Source: the human T2T-CHM13v2.0 reference genome, Homo sapiens. Taken from it: a stretch of DNA of 64,000 nucleotides. Location: the NCBI RefSeq assembly GCF_009914755.1, contig NC_060928.1. The stretch is one strand, 5' to 3'. Shown piece by piece: positions 47,476 through 62,244 of the stretch. The notes below the pieces were generated by a model. That model did no database searches, was not told where the DNA came from, and was given only the letters and a program-made list of their open reading frames with translations. The first letter of the stretch is position 1; every line of letters starts with the position of its first letter. Position numbers and translations under genes: made by a program.

Positions 47476-50400
47476 ATGGAGAGGATAGTGAGCAGACTCC
47501 TGAGAGGGGAGCATTCTGCCACCATCCACCCTTCTGACTCCCCTAGAATACCAGCTGTGTTGGGCCCCCAGCTATGTTGGGAGACCAAGTTTCTAGGAGC
47601 CTTAGGTTACAGGGCTTGCCTAGTGCTGGAGTCATATGAGAGCCCCCACGGCACCTAGGAAAGAAGGGAACTGTGGTAGGAAGAGATAAATCACAGTGCA
47701 AGCCAAAATAGTCCCTGTGGTATGAGGAGGGAGAACAGAGCCAGGCCCCATGCTTTTGAGAGCCACAGAGAAAGCTAAAACCCTAAAAGTCCACCCAGGC
47801 CCCACGGGACAGGCCCATGCCTAGCTCCCCAGCCCCAGCTCCCGTCATGCAGCCTCCCTCTCCTCTGCAGCCACACAGGCCTCTGGGCCATGCTGCCTCC
47901 TGCCACAGGGCCTTTGCATCTGCTGTTCCCTTGCCCATTTGATAATTCTGTGCCTCCACTACTCAGTGGTGAGGCATGTACATTCAGCCCCATTCTGTCC
48001 GCACCTATTCACAAACAGGCACTTAATGATATTCATTAAATGAATGAATAAATAAGCAAGTTGGGTAACAGAGGAGCTAACAGGGAGAGGGTGGGAGATC
48101 CTGCCCTCTTCCAGGCAATACTGATATGCATGCTGTGTGCCAGCAACCAAGCCCCTCAAACACCAGTGTGGGAGAGCAAGAAGGACCTGAAAGTGATCCA
48201 CAGAGACACAAAACTGCAGAAAAGGAAGGAGGAGACAGAGTGGCCTGAGATGAGGGTGTGGGCTTGCAGTCAGGTAACCAGGAAGTCCTGGCTTGCTCAT
48301 ATATATCTCACCACCTGGGGTGAGCTGCTTTGCCCCTGCAATTCTGCCTGGTTATTTGAAATGAGGGCATGATACCCTCAGAGGGGACAGAAGAGTGACA
48401 GGACGGGCTGGGTGTTATTCCCCAGGGAGCCCCCAAGGCGCTTTAACAGGCAGAGAGGGACAGGATCAGATTCATAGGTTAGACCAATGGCTCTGGCTAC
48501 AGGGGGTGAGTGGATGAAGGGGTACGCTGGGGAGTTGAGAGGGGTCCTAAGAACCTCAAGAATGACAATGGTGCCTGCCCCAGGGTGGGAGATGTGCAGA
48601 GGAGGAGGGAGGCACGGAGTGGACACTCAGCAAGCGGGGCTCCGGCCCGGGCTGGGCTCACAGCAGTCCTCTGTCAACAGCCAACATTACCGCAGGGGGT
48701 AGCATGGTCTATACCCAAAAAAAGGGCAACTCTGTCCCCGAGCAGCTCACTGTCCCACATCCTTCTGGACAAGATCTCTCAGGCACTGCCCTGAGCAGAG
48801 TGGATTCCATCCCAGGCCAGCAGCAGCCCTGTCAATACTGTCAGGGTGACAAATGACCCACGTCACACACAGGCGAGGGGCTGCCTGAAACAGAGCATGA
48901 CAGGGCCATCCCCAGGGCACAAAGCACAGCCCAAAACCAATAAAAACTGGCAGCCCTGTGTGATTCAAGTCCAAGGGGTGTATGGCATGAGCTTCGCAGC
49001 TCCACACTCCCCAACAGCAGCCTTCCTCACCTCCACTTTGGAGACAGGATGCCATGCAGGGGCTGAGAGGGACAGGAGAGCACTGAGCTTGGAGCCTGGG
49101 AGCTGTGGTGTGGCTGTCATTTATGCAAGGCCCACCACGTGCCCAGGTATGCCTGCAGTCTTCCCTGCATCGGGTCACAGATTCTTCCCAGCAACTCTCA
49201 AGGCTGGAGTTATCAGCCATGTTTCACACAGAGAAACTGAAGTGCAGGAGGCAAAGTGCCCAGGGCTGGGAAGTGGCCCAATGGAGACTGATTTCTGTAT
49301 TCTTTGTCCATTGTTCTTATTAATTATCACCATGACCTCTGGGGCTTACATACCTCCTTATCCTGATAGGACAGAATGCAGATGAGGAGCAAATTCAATT
49401 CCCTCAATTAGCAGAGTCTGAAATGCACAAGGCTTGGAAAGTAAGGTTCGAAAAGGCTAAGTAACCAGCCTGAGGCCACACAGCATCGGTGGCCACAGCG
49501 TCTGTCTGACTCCAAGCCGGGTGCCCACCACTGCATGTTGTCTGAAGGAAGAGGATGCCTCCAATGTGCAAATACAGCACCCAGTTCCAGCCCTGTGCCC
49601 TAGGCAAACCTGCTGGTGAGGGCTTTTGGGGCTTTATCCTGCCACTTGTATGTTGTGTTCAGCTGGTCGTAAACCACTGCTCACATGAGCTACCATCAAT
49701 TAGACACGCACTCTTTACCAACTGCCTCCAGGATCTTCTCATTCACCAGGGCTCCCCTCTCCCATGATCTAGCCAGAAAGCGGGGACTTCAATGTATCAT
49801 TCAGGTGGGTTAGAAGCTTCTGCCATTCATTGAGCCCCCTCAAGGCCCTAACAAGGGACACCCCACACAGTGGCTTCCTCCCAGTGCTCCAGAGAGGAGC
49901 CCACCCATTCAGTGTGTCTTCATCTCCCTGCGTATGCACTTCTTAGGAGTCGTCTCAGGAGCCCTAACCCACGTCCCACCCCTCCAGGGCCCTCCTCTCC
50001 TCCCTCGAGGTGATGTGAGTTCATACGTAGGAGGCGCTTACACAGGAGCTGGTACCGCTTCCCCTGGACTGGCCACCGGTCCCCTTTCCAGGGGGCCACT
50101 CTCCCTTGCCACACACTGCATCTGCAGAACAGCCCATTTGTGAGCATTTACTACCATCCAAGAGCTAGCTATGAGGGAGGAATTATTGCTACCCTCATAT
50201 TACAAATGAGGAAACTGAGGCACAGCTCACGGAAGAGCCGGGAAGCACACCAGGCCATCTGCCTCCAGAGCCACCCACTAAACCTGCCTCCAGCGGTGAC
50301 TACTTTGCTCTTATTGGGTTCTGTTCTCCCCAAGAGGCAAGGGGGCCCCTAAGCCAATGGCTTTGGGGGCCATGACAAGTGGGGGCCACTGAGCTCTGGG

Positions 50401-52272
50401 AACAGAGATGTGTTGTTTCCAAACCTCACCCGATGGGCCTGTCTCTGTGAAATGCACCGCTCCTGCCTGCACTCTCCCGGCCACTCACAGCTCCCTCCCA
50501 CCCACTCTCCTGCCTTCTCCCTGCCTTTCCTGGTCCCTTGGCCTGGAGTCTGCCCTACCCCAGGAAGAGGGTATCTGGGACTCCAACAGAGGCAGAAAGT
50601 TGCTGCCTTTAACCCTTTTCTGAGACCCCAAAATGTAAGTACCCAGGAAGGCTGATGTCATTCAGTAGTTGTTCAAATGAACATAACCCCAGCCGTGCTG
50701 GGAGCACTCCCGGGCATTACCAATCCTCACTGTAGAGGTGGGAAATTGAGGCTGGCGAGGTCCACAATGTGCCCCCCCAGACCCCACAGCTGGGGACACA
50801 AGTGAATCCAGACCTGAGATTCCAAGACCCTCATGCTTCCCAAGCACCTGCTTCCAGAGCTCCAAGAATTCCCACCCTGTGTTCCCTCCAGCCCCATGTT
50901 CCCCACACGGGGATGGCAGGGCTGGGGCCCCCGGAGTCACCGGGCATGGTGGATTCCCCCACAGGAACCACATTGAGCACTGAGTTCTGCTCAAATGTGG
51001 GCCCAGGGGCTGGCTGCGTGAGCACCCAGAAGTGGCCACAGGGCACGGAGGGACCAGCTGCACCAGTTTCTGATACCACAGGATGCTGAGGTCTCAGCAG
51101 GGGTCTGCCCTGGGGCCCTTCTCCTTGGCCCCTGGTTCTTGGCTAATATCTGCTGAGCCAGACACAGCTCCCACTTTGGAGGCACTCCGCCCAGGAGGGA
51201 GACAGACAAACAGACAGACACACCAATAGGGACCATCCCCTGATACTCCTAATGGCTTTCTAAGCACTGTGGGATCCCATTCCTCTCTCACTATTACACA
51301 GATGAGGAAGCTGAGGCAGGGAGAGGGGCAGGCCGCAGATGCACAGCAGCCTGGCAGGGGTGGACCGGGGAGGCTCCGAACTCAAGCCTTGGGTCAAGAA
51401 GTCATACGTCCTATGGCAAACCCCAAGCCAGTGTTTCTCCAAGTGCGGTTCCAGGGCCTCCTGATCACATTCCCCAGGAGTGTCCTGTTGAGAACCATGT
51501 CCAAGGACTGTGCCCTCAGAGGGGCAAGTGCTGCGGAGGGGCAAGAAATCCAGGATGCATCCCAAGCAGCTGCTCCAGAGGAAATAAAGGCCTTCCCTAG
51601 CCCCAACCACCAGCTCCCTTATGTTTGAAAGAAAGAACACAAGACTTCAGAGTCAGGCCCACTGGGTTTCTAAGGCTGTCTTCCCTCCTTCTTGCTGTGT
51701 GGCCTGGGGCAAGTTACTCACCCTCTCTGATCCTTGTTTTCCTCATGGATGATAACAACAAAAAGACAAACAACCCAATTTCAAAATGGGCAGTGGGCTT
51801 GGATACATACATTTCACCGAATGGTCAGCATGCACAGGAAAGGTTGCTCAACGTGATGAGTCATTAGGGAAATCCAAATCAAAGTCACAATGAGACAACG
51901 CACACCCACGAGGATGTCTGGAATCCAAATGCAAAGCGAGTGTTGGCTGTTGGGAGAGACGCGGGACCTGCACACACTGCTGGGGGCAGGTGAAGCGGCA
52001 GGGCCACCGCAAAAAAAGCTTGGTACCGCCGCAACAAATTAAACCTGGAATTATCCTGTGACCTACCAATTCCACTCCTGGGTGTCTATCACGGAACACT
52101 GAAAACACACATCCACATGAACACTGGAACGTGAATGTTCCCAGCAGCCTTATTCATAATGGCCAAACAATGGAAACACCCTAAGTATCCATCCATCCAC
52201 AGACGAATGGATAAGCAAAATGTGGTCCACTCATACAGTGGAACATATTCAGCCCGGAGAAGGAATGAAGTT

Positions 52273-52605
<333 letters not shown>

Positions 52606-53152
52606 TAATGCGAGCTACATCCTGGATGAGCCTTGAAAACACTCGGCCAAATGAAAGAAGCTGAATGTAAGTGAACTGCATGATTCCATTTCCATGCACT
52701 GTCCAGAACAGGCAGATTCACCGCAACAGAAAGTGGACTCATGGTTGCCAGGGACTAGAAGGAGGAGGAATGGGAGTGACTGCTTACTGAGTATGACAAG
52801 TTAAAATTAAGGTTTAATTGAGCAAAAAACGATTCACGAATCAGCTGCTCTCAGAACCAGAACAGGGTCTAGGAATCCACGTCTGCACCGTGATCAGGCA
52901 GCATTTATGGACACAAAACGGAAGAGAGGGTCAAGACAGCTTGACTGGTTACAGCTCAGCCTTTGCCTTATTTGAATGGTTGGCCACCTGGGACTGGATT
53001 GACAGATGCTCAGCTGCTGTGGTTGGGCCGAGCTTCACCTATTTGTTACAAGAGCCCCTCCTAAGTCAGGCTTCCGTTAATCACAAACTAAGTTAGGTTG
53101 CAGTTCATTAAGAAAGGATTCATGTACAGAGGCATCTTCAGGCTAAATTTCA

Positions 53153-53927
<775 letters not shown>

Positions 53928-54019
53928 TTATACCCCCTCCTTCGCTAAATGCCATTATGCTTTCCCTCTTAAGGGTTAAGCAGAAACCAGCCCTTTCGAA
54001 AGCCTTACCCTACTGCTGA

Positions 54020-54374
<355 letters not shown>

Positions 54375-56978
54375 CAGCATTCCTTCTTGATAAGAGTCCT
54401 GATCTTGAAATGGTTCTGGCTCATCTACAGAGGCTGCACAGAGGCTCTTCCCGTCCTCTGCTTCACCTTCTGACATGTAGGGCCCTGACTGTAATACTTA
54501 CATATTAAGTCTCTACCCCAAAGTCAACATAGGATGCATGTAACATACATGTTAGCTTATGACAAATGCACACACGTCTCCGTGAATATTCATAGCTCTT
54601 CCTATAGCCTGTTGAATACATATACTTAGCTAACCCGTTCATCATAAATTCCCTTCCTGGAAATGCCTGCTTCTGGCTCCTGCCAGAGGCTATGCTTCCC
54701 AGCCTGAGGTTAGCCAGCCTGCAGGCTGCAGCCCTTCATGAGGAAGAAAGCTCTCGGCGCTCAGTGTGTGGTCCTGGCAATTCTTCAGCTGACAAGTTTA
54801 ACAGTTTGTTTTTGGGGTGATGAAAATGTTCTGGGCCTAGATAGTGGTGATGGTTGTATAACATGAATATACTAAATGCTACTGAACTGTGCACTCTAAA
54901 ATGGTTAAATTGGTGAAAAGAAAAGAAGAGGGGGTGGTCGTGAATGCTCCATGTTGAGGGCACCCTGAGCGCAGTGCCTGCCTGGCCCTGGGCAGCGAGA
55001 ATGTCCATCCATCTCCCTGGCCTGTTACTGGGGCTGAAAGCTGGCAAAGGAGGGAGAGAATCCGGGGGCTGGTCTTTGGGCTCCAGCGACCCAATTGGAG
55101 GAAGAAAGAGGTAGAGGGGTGAGAGGGTGCAGAGAACCAACCCTGGTTTTGCATAAATGAATATGCATCATGGCCACCTCCCACTGAGCAGAAAATGCAA
55201 ACTCAACACCTCCCCACCAGCCTCATTAAGTGCAATCAGGCCTGATTCCCTGAGGAGGGGGACAGCCATCACGGTAGGCTTTGTTACAGCCCTGCCACCC
55301 ACCCATCCACCCTCGCACTCCAGCCCCGAGTTCCCCAGCTGCTCACTAGCCTACTCCAGGATCCCAAAGAGTGGGAGACGCCAACCACGGCTTCAATGCG
55401 GAGGAGAAGGAGCCCAGGCTGGTGTCGGGAGCTGCAGGTTTGAATCTCAGCTCCATTGTAAATCGCTTGATCCCAGGCAGCCTCAGCCACCCTGAGCCTC
55501 AGTTTTTTTATCTGTGCCATTGAAATATTTCCATTTCTGCCTAGAATTCCAAACGAACTGGCTTAATATTAGCTATTTGCTACCAACTCGCTGAGCGACC
55601 TTGGCCAGGGAGCGGGGATCTGTCCCCTCTCAGGGCCTCGGTTTACCCCGCTAGAAGGAATGCACCGGACAAGCTGCCTCCAGTCCTTGCCCATTTCTGG
55701 CTCTAAGAAAAGTCTGGTGTGAGATAAACCCACAGAGCTGCTGTGCACCCCTGAGCAGTGCCAGGCGGAACAGAACACCCCTCTCTCTTTCTCCTGGTGC
55801 CCCAGACGGTGAGTCACCTCCCTGCCATGCAGCCTCTGTGGCCAAGGTGCATGGACCTGCCAAGTGCCCCAACCAACATGTGCCATGAGAATACCATGAG
55901 AACACAGCCCCACTCCTCAACAGCTTGCCAGGGACTTGCCAAGGCCTGGGTAACCCCGCCCGACCCCACCCCACCTCCAGGCACCACCCCAGCTTCCTTA
56001 TGCCCTGGCCACATGGAACTCCGGCCATTTCCAGAATGCACCTCTCTTCAGGCAAGACTGGCTCCAGAATTTTCCAGGCCCGGTGCAAAACCAAAATATG
56101 GGGCCCCAGCCGGGAACAGAGATGTTGGCCCCCTTCCCACAGGCCCCACCACCTCAGCCCATGGAGGACAGGCCACCCCTGAGCAATGGCCACCCGAGAA
56201 GTGACCTGGCTGCCACCCTGGACAGAAGGCAGGGCCTGGGGCCCCAGCAGGAGGAGAGCGGGCAGCTGAGAACCTGTCCCAGGAGCTGGGGAAGGGACAA
56301 AGGAGGCACAGCCCGTGAGCCCAGACTCCAAGCCCCAGGACATGATCCACGGTCCCAGCAACTCCACTTATAGAACACCAAGCCCAGGATAAGACGATGA
56401 AGAATCTCAGGACGGTGAGCGCAGAGCATCCACCCCAGTGGGCCCTTCTGAGTTCGGGGCCCTGTGTGACCACCTGGTTACGGGCTGTGAAACTGGCCCG
56501 TGTTTTCAGGCTGCTGCCTGCCCTGTACCCTCGGCCTGGGAAGTCCTCGGCCCCTGCCCGGGCAAACATCTCTTCCTCTTCCCGGCCTGCAAAGCCCGCC
56601 CTGGCTCTCCGGAAGGCCAGCTTGTGCGGGGAGCTGGGGTGAAGGGTGTTGGCTCGGGCCGGGAGGGCCCTTCCTGCCTGCCTGTGAACATGTCCTGAAC
56701 AGGGGCTTCCTGGGCCTGTGCTCAGGCCCAGGCAAGGTGGGACAGCTGAAGGGTGGCTGCCTGAGCTGGTGAGCGCCCTGCCTCAGAATCTTCAGGATCC
56801 TGCAGACCTAGGCAAGGTCTCATGAATCATCAGAGAGGGTTCCTCCACTCGACCCAAACTGCCTGGAGCCCCAGTCACCAGATCTGACCCTGGCGTCTGA
56901 GAGCCAGTGTGTTCTGACAGCCAGGGAGACTCAGGAACAGATCTGGCCACCAAAGCCCAACGTATCACCCATCCTTAC

Positions 56979-57388
56979 TGTCAGGCCTCTGAGCCCAAGC
57001 TAAGTCATCATATCCCTGTGACCTGCACATACACATCCAGATGGCCAGTTCCTGCCTTAACTGATGACATTCCACCACAAAAGAAGTGAAAATGGCCTGT
57101 TCCTGCCTTAACTGATGACATTATCTTGTGAAATTCCTTCTCCTGGCTCATCCTGGCTCAAAAGCTCCCCTACTGAGCACCTTGTGACCCCCACTCCTGC
57201 CCGCCAGAGAACAACCCCCTTTGACTGTAATTTTCCTTTACCTACCCAAATCTTATAAAACGGCCCCACCCCTATCTCCCTTTGCTGACTGTCTTTTCAG
57301 ACTCAGCCGGCCTGCACCCAGGTGATTAAAAGCTTTGTTGCTCACACAAAGCCTGTTTGGTGGTCTCTTCACACGGACGCGCACGAAA
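56979..57388 (+). mobile_element. HERV-H solo LTR (LTR7)
   Basis: TGTCAGGCCTCTGAGCCCAAGC start, duplicated gttcctgccttaactgatgacatt, TATAAAA ~57254, end cttcacacggacgcgcacgaaa; perfect 5-bp TSD cttac (56974-56978 / 57389-57393). Confidence 0.95.
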
Positions 57389-57762
57389 CTTACTTTATTT
57401 CTTGCCATCACCAGGTTCAGAGCAGCCCAGAGCTGGCCTATTCATGTCTCCATAGGCAGATGGCTTGGCTGGGACCTCACAGGGACAGGGAAGGGGGCAG
57501 CTGGAGGACGAGGGGCTGCTGGGCCGTAGGCCTGAACATCTGGCAGCCTCATCGGCAGCAGAAGCAGAGGCCTAGTCAGCCAGCAAAGGCTCACGGTCAA
57601 GGAAGCGACGCAGGAGCTCCCACTTCAGGCTCTGGGCAGGGCCAGGGATTAACCCAGGGATTTCACACACGACAAAGAGCCTCAGACTGGCCTCTCCCCT
57701 GCAGCCCTGGCCTCTCCTCTAGGCACCACCTGAGCCGCCCACCTAAGCGGCCAGGCTGGGAG

Positions 57763-57776
57763 CCAGCAGGGGGCTC
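57763..57776 (+). promoter_or_regulatory. Candidate CTCF motif
   Basis: CCAGCAGGGGGCTC vs CTCF core CCASYAGRKGGCRS. Confidence 0.4.
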
Positions 57777-57789
57777 ATAGTCAATGCGT

Positions 57790-57990
57790 GCACACCATGA
57801 GCCAAGCTGCGTGGGCCCCATGGAACGTATCAACCATTAGCCTCCAGACAACCCAGTGAGGTGGGTGCCAACACCTCCAGTTTGCAGATGAGAAAACTGA
57901 GGATTCTTGAAGCTCAGCCCTGTGCCCCCATGGAAGTGCTGGAAAGCCACTGGGTTGCGGTTCACATGCAGCTCCACTGACTCCAAAGCC
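57790..57990 (-). mobile_element. MIR
   Basis: cagtttgcagatgagaaaactgagg..ctgactccaaagccc. Confidence 0.75.
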
Positions 57991-58541
57991 CCTACCCCAT
58001 CCCCCATCCCTCTTCCCTGGCACAGTCCTCCCAGAGGGAAAATTGGCGAGGCTGAGAGGGCCCACATCTCTCTGCCCACTAGACCGTGAGCCCTAGGTCT
58101 GCTTTGCCCACTGCTGTGGCCCCAGCCACTGACCCAGGGCTGGGTACACAGCAGATGCTCAATAAATGTATGTGAAATGAAGAACAGTGGGTGAGGACCA
58201 CTCACGTCTCTGCTTGCGAAGGCCTCCCATGACAAGGATTCCCCCAGGATGACAATGGCCAGGAGACTGGGAGGGGACAGCAGCGAATGGGAGGAGAGGC
58301 TAGAGCGCACGAGTGACGGAGCCCACTATTCCCACTGTGAGGCCACACTCAGTGCTGGGGGAAGCAGCTGGATGAGTCCCAGAGAATCATTCACCACAGC
58401 GTGTGTCTTAGGGACACAGATTCACAAACCACAAGGCACCACGCCTGCTTTACAGGAACCCCAGGAAAGCAACAAGAGTAACGATTCTCGAGGGTTTACT
58501 CTGGGCCAGGCTCTGCCCTTAGCACCGCCCATGGAATATGA

Positions 58542-58954
58542 CGTCTTAAGCCGGGGTCCCGGGTTTGGGGTTTTGAGGTACACACCGTGAAAAAGCACCC
58601 ACTTGTAACTGCATCTTGAGTTCTCCTTGTTTCAGAAAAGGTCCAAGCCCATCCTAAAAACCCCACCCAGGGAGGAGAGGAGCTTATCCGCCATTTTCCA
58701 TGCACGCGACGTATGTAGAAGCGTGATCCGCCACCGCACCTGCACTGACTTTAACCCCCCATGAGATGGCTCAGCCCAGCAGCCCCGTGAAACCCTGGGA
58801 TCCCCTCTGCCCGGGAGGCGCTGCTTTGGGGACCATCCCTGGTGTCCTCCTTACTTGCTGCAAGTCCTACAATCCCCTTGTTAAGCCCTCCGTGGCTGTG
58901 GTCGCTGGACTGTCACCCACCACGCAACTGAACCTGCCCGCTGTCCGGGTAACA
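58542..58954 (+). mobile_element. ERVL-class solo LTR (MER73/MER74-like)
   Basis: ggcgctgctttgggga..ccctggtgtcctccttacttg..gaacctgcccgctgtccgggtaaca end; possible TSD atatga/acatga. Confidence 0.6.
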
Positions 58955-61900
58955 ACATGACAGCAGGGTGTGACTCTGAGCCGGACTGCTGGGCTGGGAC
59001 CCTGGCCCCCCACAACAGGCTGTGTTTTTGGGAATCAACTTCTCTCAGCCTCAGGTTCCTCTTCTGCCAAATGGACACTGCCCCATCCCCTACCTCCTAG
59101 GCAACCATGAGATTTGTACCCACTGAACATGCAAAGCTCTCAGAACAGTGGCTGCGACCACTGTAAATGGCCATCCCAACTAAACCTCAAGGCAAAACGC
59201 AAGGTGGCTCCTGCCATCTGGCCCTTTCTACAGGCGCATAGGGTGGTTCTCCACCAGGCTGCTGTGCACCTGTCACAGTGAGGCCCCAAATGTTGACCAA
59301 CAGGAGGGACACATTCCTGCTTGTTAAGTGCAGCTGTGGCATCACTGTGCTCTGGGGTCTCAAAATGGGTGTGTGGAGGGGAGGAGCCCGCTCTGAGTGA
59401 CAGGGACCACAGAGCCAGCTTGGCATCCCCAAGAAAGATCACCCCTCCTGGGGCCGGGAGCTGTGCCTGGTGGCACCAAAGGCAGCAAGGGCGGGTGGGG
59501 TTCCATTCACACAGTGTCACCAAGGAGGCTTCCCACCCTGAGACAGCCGGCACCGCTCTCCAGGGCAGTGTCCTTCGAGGCCTCTCAGTCCCTCGAGGAA
59601 GCACCCACCAAGTCTCATGTTCTGAGGGTGCAGATGGCAGTGAGGAGGGGCTGAGGCAGGCTGCAGGGGCCCAGGGGTGCTGTGCACCCTCACAGAGGAA
59701 AGGACGTCAGAGCCAACCCGTGACAGCAAAGGCCATCTGTCCAGAGCAAAAGGCCGAGGTGCAGGAAGACCCCCAAGTGTGCCCAAACCAAAAGGAAGCG
59801 CGTCCAGGAGAGGGCGGCTACAACCGCCAGGAAACAAGCAGTCCCTGGTAGCCCAGATAACGCCCCTCCAAGGGACTTGAGGGAGCAAAGCGGGAATGAG
59901 CAGAATCATGTCTGTGTTTCTTTCCCGTTTTCCTTTTTTTTTTTTTGGCTAACACTTATGGAGCACCTAAATGTCCATGTTTCACAACTTTCACCGAAAG
60001 ATCCTGCAGGCTGTTTGCAGAGCAGGTGCTCTGTGAACCCCAGCTCTTCCTCAGTTGCTGTTATTATTATCATTATTAGGGGGCGAAGTTACTGTTCCAA
60101 CATACGTCCACTTAAGGTAAAGCCCGGAGTCTCCCTACCTTGCCACTCAGTCCCCAGCATTCTCCAAAGAAGGCTGATGAGTGAGCTGTGATTAAAATGG
60201 AGCAAGTGAAGAGGCTGAGGCAGCAGAGCCGGTGGCCCAGGTCCGGAGCAGGTGGCAGCTGGCAGACACCGGATGCCCCGTCCTGCATGTATTCACATCG
60301 GTCTTCCCAGGTCTCATCCCCCAAGGCTACACGTGATAGAACCCACCCAGTATGGATTCCATTTTCTGGAGTGTAAATTATTCTTTGAGGATCCAGTGCT
60401 TTGCAAAGGGCAGGAGGCTGGCCCTGTGACATTGTCAGGAAGGTTTAGCCATCAAGGGCTGTGTCACCAGGTCACCCTCTCCCCCATCACCACAGGTTCC
60501 CTCCAATAACACCAACTTGTCCTCTCTAACCTGAACACTCCACTTTACAGATGGCCTGGCCATGGCAAGTGCGATCTATGGTCCTCACGACTGCCTTGGT
60601 CATGATCATCATCCCCAGTCCATAGAAGGGGCCGTGAAGGCTCAGAGAGGGTGAGGGCTTTGTCCAGGGTTGCCCAGCAAAGTCAGAGCTGGAGAGGAAG
60701 CCATGTTTCCTGATGCCCAGGCCAGGGTTCTCACAGTGTTGAGCAGCCTTGACCTTGCTGGGAAATAATTCCTGCCCATCCCAGACAAGACTGGGGCACC
60801 CCCAATCCCCATTTTGGGCCAGGCCTTCCAAACACAGAAACAAAGGGGCAGAACTCATGGGCAGCAGCATCTCCAGATCTAGCTGTCTGGGGAGGCGCAG
60901 GCTCATTTCCACTAGAAAAGCGGGATTTGCCTTCCCTTAAATGCACATTCCACTCTGCGTTTTTAAAAGGCAAAATAAAGACACTTCCCAGAAGCATTAA
61001 AAACAAGGAACAGAAATGTCCAAGGATCACAGTGTCCAGCCCCTGGCTTAGAAGATGAAGCAGTGTCTGAAGGCACCTGTTCTTCCCAAATTAACCCAGC
61101 AGCCGCCATCTGGATCACTGCAGCTGCCTCCTCCGCTGCCACCACCATCACCCACATGGCCCCCGGTCCCTGTTCCTCACATTGCCAGCCAACATTCTGA
61201 GTCAAGTCCCAAGGCAGCAGCACCGGGGGGCCAGGTATCTGTGCCCTAGCTGCAAGGGAGGCTGGGAGACGCATCCCCAGCATTGTCTGCTCTATTCACA
61301 GAGTGGGAGGCGAGCTCAACACAGGGGGTACTGCACTTCACAGTTTACACAGCACGGTGAAGCCCACGCTCTGCCCTCAGCATGGTGCATGGAGGCAGGG
61401 GTAAGCAGGGGGATGAGAGACGGCTCTGGTCTTGAGTTAATGACACAGAATTCGGAAAGGCTGGGCTTGCAAACGTGACTTTAGAAAGCTTCCTATTTCT
61501 AAAAGGTGGATGCTATTGAAGAATTCACAATCATCTCAGGCTGTAAATGAAAGTAATCCTAAGAACACATGCCCGAGACCCAGAAGAGAACATGGCAGGA
61601 GTAAAAACAAACAGCCCATGTAATACAAGTTGGTCACAGCCAAATCCTCTTAGGCCCATGAGCATAATCTTTGAACAGGATTCTAAACTGCAGAGCCTCC
61701 CAGCCTCCCTCAAACAAGGCTGTAAAATGAAACAGCAAAGGTCTTTCTCCAGCAGAGAAGAGAGTCCCTTCTGTAATTCCTCACAAAGACCTGTCCTCCT
61801 GCCCCAAACAAAAGGTGCCCCAGCACAGGCAGAACAACTGTGGGGTGCCAGGGCCTGGTACCCACAGCCCCGATACCAGCCATCCAGGGCCCAGCACCCC

Positions 61901-62244
61901 ATGGCCGGCACTGGGCCTAAGGAAACATACTGTTTTATGTCGTTAATGCCTATGATGCACAGCTGCTTAAGGCTGCCTGGGGACCGTAAGTCTGCAGTTG
62001 ACATTGCCGTCCAAATGCAGGATTGCAGACTTTAAGACTCTCTGAAGATGTTGTTTGTGCCTTAAGTAAGGGTAGAAACCCAAGATGGCAGCACGTTATT
62101 TATAACTGAGCACACCAGGAAACACTCTAATGTCCAACACAGGAAATTGGTTCAATAAATGAGGATCTACCTACAGGCCCGTCGACCTGGGTGGCCGTTA
62201 CATAGCAGGCTGCTCGGTGAAAAGGTATGTGTGAACACGCCCCC

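Noticed and set aside
55569-56772. Overlapping ORFs up to 238 aa
   Set aside because: No recognisable protein similarity; GC-rich background
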